Below are positions 58,301 through 64,000 of a DNA stretch of 64,000 nucleotides, in pieces. Positions within the stretch are counted from its first letter, which is position 1, and every line of letters starts with the position of its first letter. The notes beneath the pieces are model-generated. The model was not told the DNA's origin. It made no database searches and saw nothing but the letters and a program-made list of their open reading frames with translations. Made by a program: the position numbers and the translations under genes. The stretch comes from Eledone cirrhosa (Eukaryota), in the NCBI GenBank assembly GCA_964016885.1, contig OZ024754.1, positions 24,242,001 through 24,306,000 of the forward strand, in the 5' to 3' direction.

Positions 58301-61300
58301 CACCCACAACAACACACCTCCATTAACAACACCAATAACAACACACCACCATTAACAACACCAACAACAACACACCACCATTAACAACACCAATAACAAC
58401 ACACCACCATTAACAACACCAACAACAACACACCACCATTAACAACAGCAACAACAACACACCACCATTAACAACACCAACAACAACACACCACCATTAA
58501 CAACACCGACACCAACACACCAACAACAACACCACCAACAACAACACACCACCATTAATAACACCAACACACCAACAACAACACCACCAATAACAACACA
58601 CCACCATTAATAACACCAACAACAACACACCAACAACAACAACACCAACAACAACACACCACCATTAACACCACCAACAACAACACACCAACAACAACAC
58701 CAGCAACAACAACACACCACCATTAACAACACCAACAACAACACACCGCCATTAACAACACCAACAACAACACACCACCATTAACACCACCAACAACAAC
58801 ACACCAACAACAACACAACCAACAACAACACACCACCATTAACACCACCAACAACACCACACCACCATTAACAACACCAAACCAACACACCACCATTAAC
58901 AACACCAACATCAACACACCACCATTAACAACACCAACAACAACACACCAACAACAACACACCACCATTAACAACACCAACAACAACACACCACCATTAA
59001 CAACACCAACAACACACCACCATTAACAACACCAACAACAACACACCACCATTAATAACACCAACAACAACACACCACCATTAACAACAACAACAACAAC
59101 AACACACCACCATTAACAACAACAACAACAATACACCACCATTAACAACACTAACAACAAGACTCGACTATTAACAACACCAATAACAACACACCACCAT
59201 TAACAACACCAACAACAACACACCACCATTAATAACACCAACAACAACAAACCATCATTAACAACAACACCAACAACAGCACACCACCATTCATAACACC
59301 AACAACATACACCACCATTAACAACAACAACAACAACACACCACCATTAACAACACCAACAACAACACACCACCATTAACAACACCAACAACAACACACC
59401 ACCATTAACAACACCAACAACAACACACCAACAACAACACCACCAACAACAACACACCACCATTAACAATAACAACACACCACCATTAACACCACCAACA
59501 ACACACCACCATTAACAATAACACCACCAATAACAACACACCACCATTAACAACACCAACAACAACACACCACCATTAACATCACCAACAACACACCACC
59601 ATTAACAATAACACCACCAATAACAACACACCACCATTAACAACACCAACAACAAGACTCCACCATTAACAACACCCACAACAACACACCACCATTAACA
59701 ACACCAATAACAACAGACCACCATTAACAACACCAACAACAACACACCACCATTAACAACACCAACAATAAGACACCACCATTAACAGCACCAACAACAA
59801 CACACCACCATTAACAACACCAAGAACAAGACACCACCATTAACAACACCAACAACAACACACCACCATTAACAACACCAACAACACACCACAATTAACA
59901 ACACCACCAACAACACACCACCATTAACAACACCAACAACAACACACCACCATTAACAACACCAACAACAACACACCACCATTAATAACACCAACAACAA
60001 CACACCACCATTAACAACAACAACAACAACAACACACCACCATTAACAACAACAACAACAATACACCACCATTAACAACAACACCAACAACAACACACCA
60101 CCATTCATAACACCAACAACATACACCACCATTAACAACAACAACAACAACACACCACCATTAACAACACCAACAACAACACACCACCATTAACAACACT
60201 AACAACAACACTCGACTATTAACAACACCAATAACAACACACCGCCATTAACAACACCAACAACAACACACCACCATTAACAACACCAACAACAACACAC
60301 CAACAACAACACCACCAACAACAACACACCACCATTAACAATAACAACACACCACCATTAACACCACCAACAACACACCACCATTAACAATAACACCACC
60401 AATAACAACACACCACCATTAACAACACCAACAACAACACACCACCAGTAACAAGACCAACAACAACACACCACCATTAACAAGACCAACAACAACACAC
60501 CACCATTAACAACAACACAACCAACAACAACAACACACCACCATTAACAACAACACCACCAACAACAACACACCACCATTAACAACACCAACAACACACC
60601 ACCATTAACACCACTAACAACAACACACCAACAACAACACCACCAACAACAACACACAACCATTAACAACACCAACAACAACACACCACCATTAACAACA
60701 CCAACAACAACACACCAACAACACACCACCAATAAAAACACACCACCATTAACAACACCAACAACAACACACAACCATTAACAACACCAACAACAACACA
60801 CCACCATTAACAACACCAACAACAACACACCAACAACACACCACCAATAAAAACACACCACCATTAACAACACCAACAACAACACACCACCATTAACAAC
60901 ACAATCAACACACCACCATTAACACCACTAACAACAACACACCAACAACAACACAACCAACAACAACACACCACCATTAACACCACCAACAACACCACAC
61001 CACCATTAACAACACCAAACCAACACACCACCATTAACAACACCAACATCAACACACCACCATTAACAACACCAACAACAACACACCAACAACAACACAC
61101 CACCATTAACAACACCAACAACAACACACCACCATTAACAACACCAACAACAACACACCACCATTAATAACACCAACAACAACACACCACCATTAACAAC
61201 AACAACAACAACAACACACCACCATTAACAACAACAACAACAATACACCACCATTAACAACACTAACAACAAGACTCGACTATTAACAACACCAATAACA

Positions 61301-64000
61301 ACACACCACCATTAACAACACCAACAACAACACACCACCATTAATAACACCAACAACAACACACCATCATTAACAACAACACCAACAACAGCACACCACC
61401 ATTCATAACACCAACAACATACACCACCATTAACAACAACAACAACAACACACCACCATTAACAACACCAACAACAACACACCACCATTAACAACACTAA
61501 CAACAAGACTCGAATATTAACAACACCAATAACAACACACCGCCATTAACAACACCAACAACAACACACCACCATTAACAACACCAACAACAACACACCA
61601 ACAACAACACCACCAACAACAACACACCACCATTAACAATAACAACACACCACCATTAACACCACCAACAACACACCACCATTAACAATAACACCACCAA
61701 TAACAACACACCACCATTAACAACACCAACAACAACACACCACCATTAACATCACCAACAACACACCACCATTAACAATAACACCACCAATAACAACACA
61801 CCACCATTAACAACACCAACAACAAGACTCCACCATTAACAACACCAATAACAACAGACCACCATTAACAACACCAACAACAACACACCACCATTAACAA
61901 CACCAACAATAAGACACCACCATTAACAGCACCAACAACAACACACCACCATTAACAACACCAAGAACAAGACACCACCATTAACAACACCAACAACAAC
62001 ACACCACCATTAACAACACCAACAACACACCACAATTAACAACACCACCAACAACACACCACCATTAACAACACCAACAACAACACACCACCATTAACAA
62101 CACCAACAACAACACACCACCATTAATAACACCAACAACAACACACCACCATTAACAACAACAACAACAACAACACACCACTATTAACAACAACAACAAC
62201 AATACACCACCATTAACAACAACACCAACAACAACACACCACCATTCATAACACCAACAACATACACCACCATTAACAACAACAACAACAACACACCACC
62301 ATTAACAACACCAACAACAACACACCACCATTAACAACACTAACAACAACACTCGACTATTAACAACACCAATAACAACACACCGCCATTAACAACACCA
62401 ACAACAACACACCACCATTAACAACACCAACAACAACACACCAACAACAACACCACCAACAACAACACACCACCATTAACAATAACAACACACCACCATT
62501 AACACCACCAACAACACACCACCATTAACAATAACACCACCAATAACAACACACCACCATTAACAACACCAACAACAACACACCACCATTAACATCACCA
62601 ACAACACACCACCATTAACAATAACACCACCAATAACAACACACCACCATTAACAACACCAACAACAAGACTCCACCATTAACAACACCCACAACAACAC
62701 ACCACCATTAACAACACCAACAACAACAGACCACCATTAACAACACCAACAACACACACCACCATTAACAACACCAACAACAACAAACCACCAGTAACAA
62801 GACCAATAACAACACACCACCATTAACAAGACCAACAACAACACACCACCATTAACAACAACACAACCAACAACAACAACACACCACCATTAACAACAAC
62901 ACCACCAACAACAACACACCACCATTAACAACACCAACAACACACCACTAACAACAACACACCAACAACAACACCACCAACAACAACACACAACCATTAA
63001 CAACACCAACAACAACACACCACCATTAACAACACCAACAACAACACACCAACAACACACCACCAATAAAAACACACCACCATTAACAACACCAACAACA
63101 ACACACCACCATTAACAACACAAACAACACACCACCATTAACACCACTAACAACAACACACCAACAACAACACCACCAACAACAACACACCACCATTAAC
63201 AACACCAACAACAACACACCACCATTAATAACACCAACAACAACACACCACCATTAACAACACCAACAACACACACCACCATTAACAACACCAACAACAA
63301 CACACCACCATTAACAACACCAACAACAACACACCAACAACACACCACCAATAACAACACACCACCATTAACAACACCAACAAGAACACACCACCATTAA
63401 CAACACCAACAACAACAAATCACTATTAACAAGACCAACAATACACACCAACATTAACAACACCAACAACAAGACACCACCATTAACAACACCAACAACA
63501 ACACACTGCCATTAACAACACCAACAACAACAAACCACCAGTAACAACACCAACAACAACACACCACCATTAACAAGACCAACAACACACACCACCATTA
63601 ACAACACCCATAACAACACACCACCATTAACAACACCAACAACAACACACCACCATTAACAACACCAACAACACACCACCATTAACACCACTAACAACAA
63701 CACACCAACAACAACACCACCAACAACAACACACCACCATTAACAACACCAACAACACACACCACCATTAATAACACCAACAACAACACACCACCATTAA
63801 CAACACCAACAACACACACCACCATTAACAACACCAACAACAACACACCACCATTAACAACACCAACAACAACACACCAACAACACACCACCAATAACAA
63901 CACACCACCATTAACAACAACACAACGAACAACAACACACCACCATTAACAACACCAACAACACACCACCATTAACACCACTAACAACAACACACCAACA
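13372..64000. repeat. Satellite array with 29-bp consensus monomer CATTAACAACACCAACAACAACACACCAC; continues past the window end
   Basis: Period of 29 measured directly (CATT at 16501 and 16530); common 26- and 28-bp and longer variants; single orientation; G almost absent from the plus strand; roughly 1,700 monomers by length divided by period. Confidence 0.98.

Noticed and set aside
14260-63903. Minus-strand Cys/Val/Leu-rich ORFs, and a possible Thr/Pro mucin-like reading on the plus strand
   Set aside because: The 29-bp period is not a multiple of 3 and TTAA gives a stop on both strands, so every frame closes within a few monomers; these ORFs are repeat translations.
13372-64000. CRISPR array or canonical telomere
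   Set aside because: There are no unique spacers or cas genes, the context is eukaryotic, and no TTAGGG/CCCTAA repeats occur.

Overview
This is eukaryotic, AT-rich, repeat-dense DNA with no intact protein-coding gene; the SINE motifs and microsatellite load resemble Octopus/cephalopod sequence, but that assignment is inferred from memory. The window has four zones. (1) 1-4760 holds a cluster of foldback elements, each embedded in a (TA)n microsatellite. Three carry unrelated minimal type I hammerhead ribozymes (HHRs) of the kind found in Penelope-like element (PLE) pseudo-LTRs, giving five HHR copies; one family has a compensatory U3-A8 core. (2) 6633-10814 is a decayed, 5'-truncated L1/Tx1-clade LINE. 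(3) 12016-13320 has tRNA-SINE copies and an RTE-type 3' fragment with an outward-facing (GAA)n tail at both ends. (4) 13372-64000 is a G-poor satellite of more than 50 kb with a 29-bp monomer, built from serial 2-5 kb tandem duplications. The best candidate for an undescribed system is the set of non-coding, TA-embedded, inverted-arm ribozyme elements in zone 1. All alignments and folds were done by eye.
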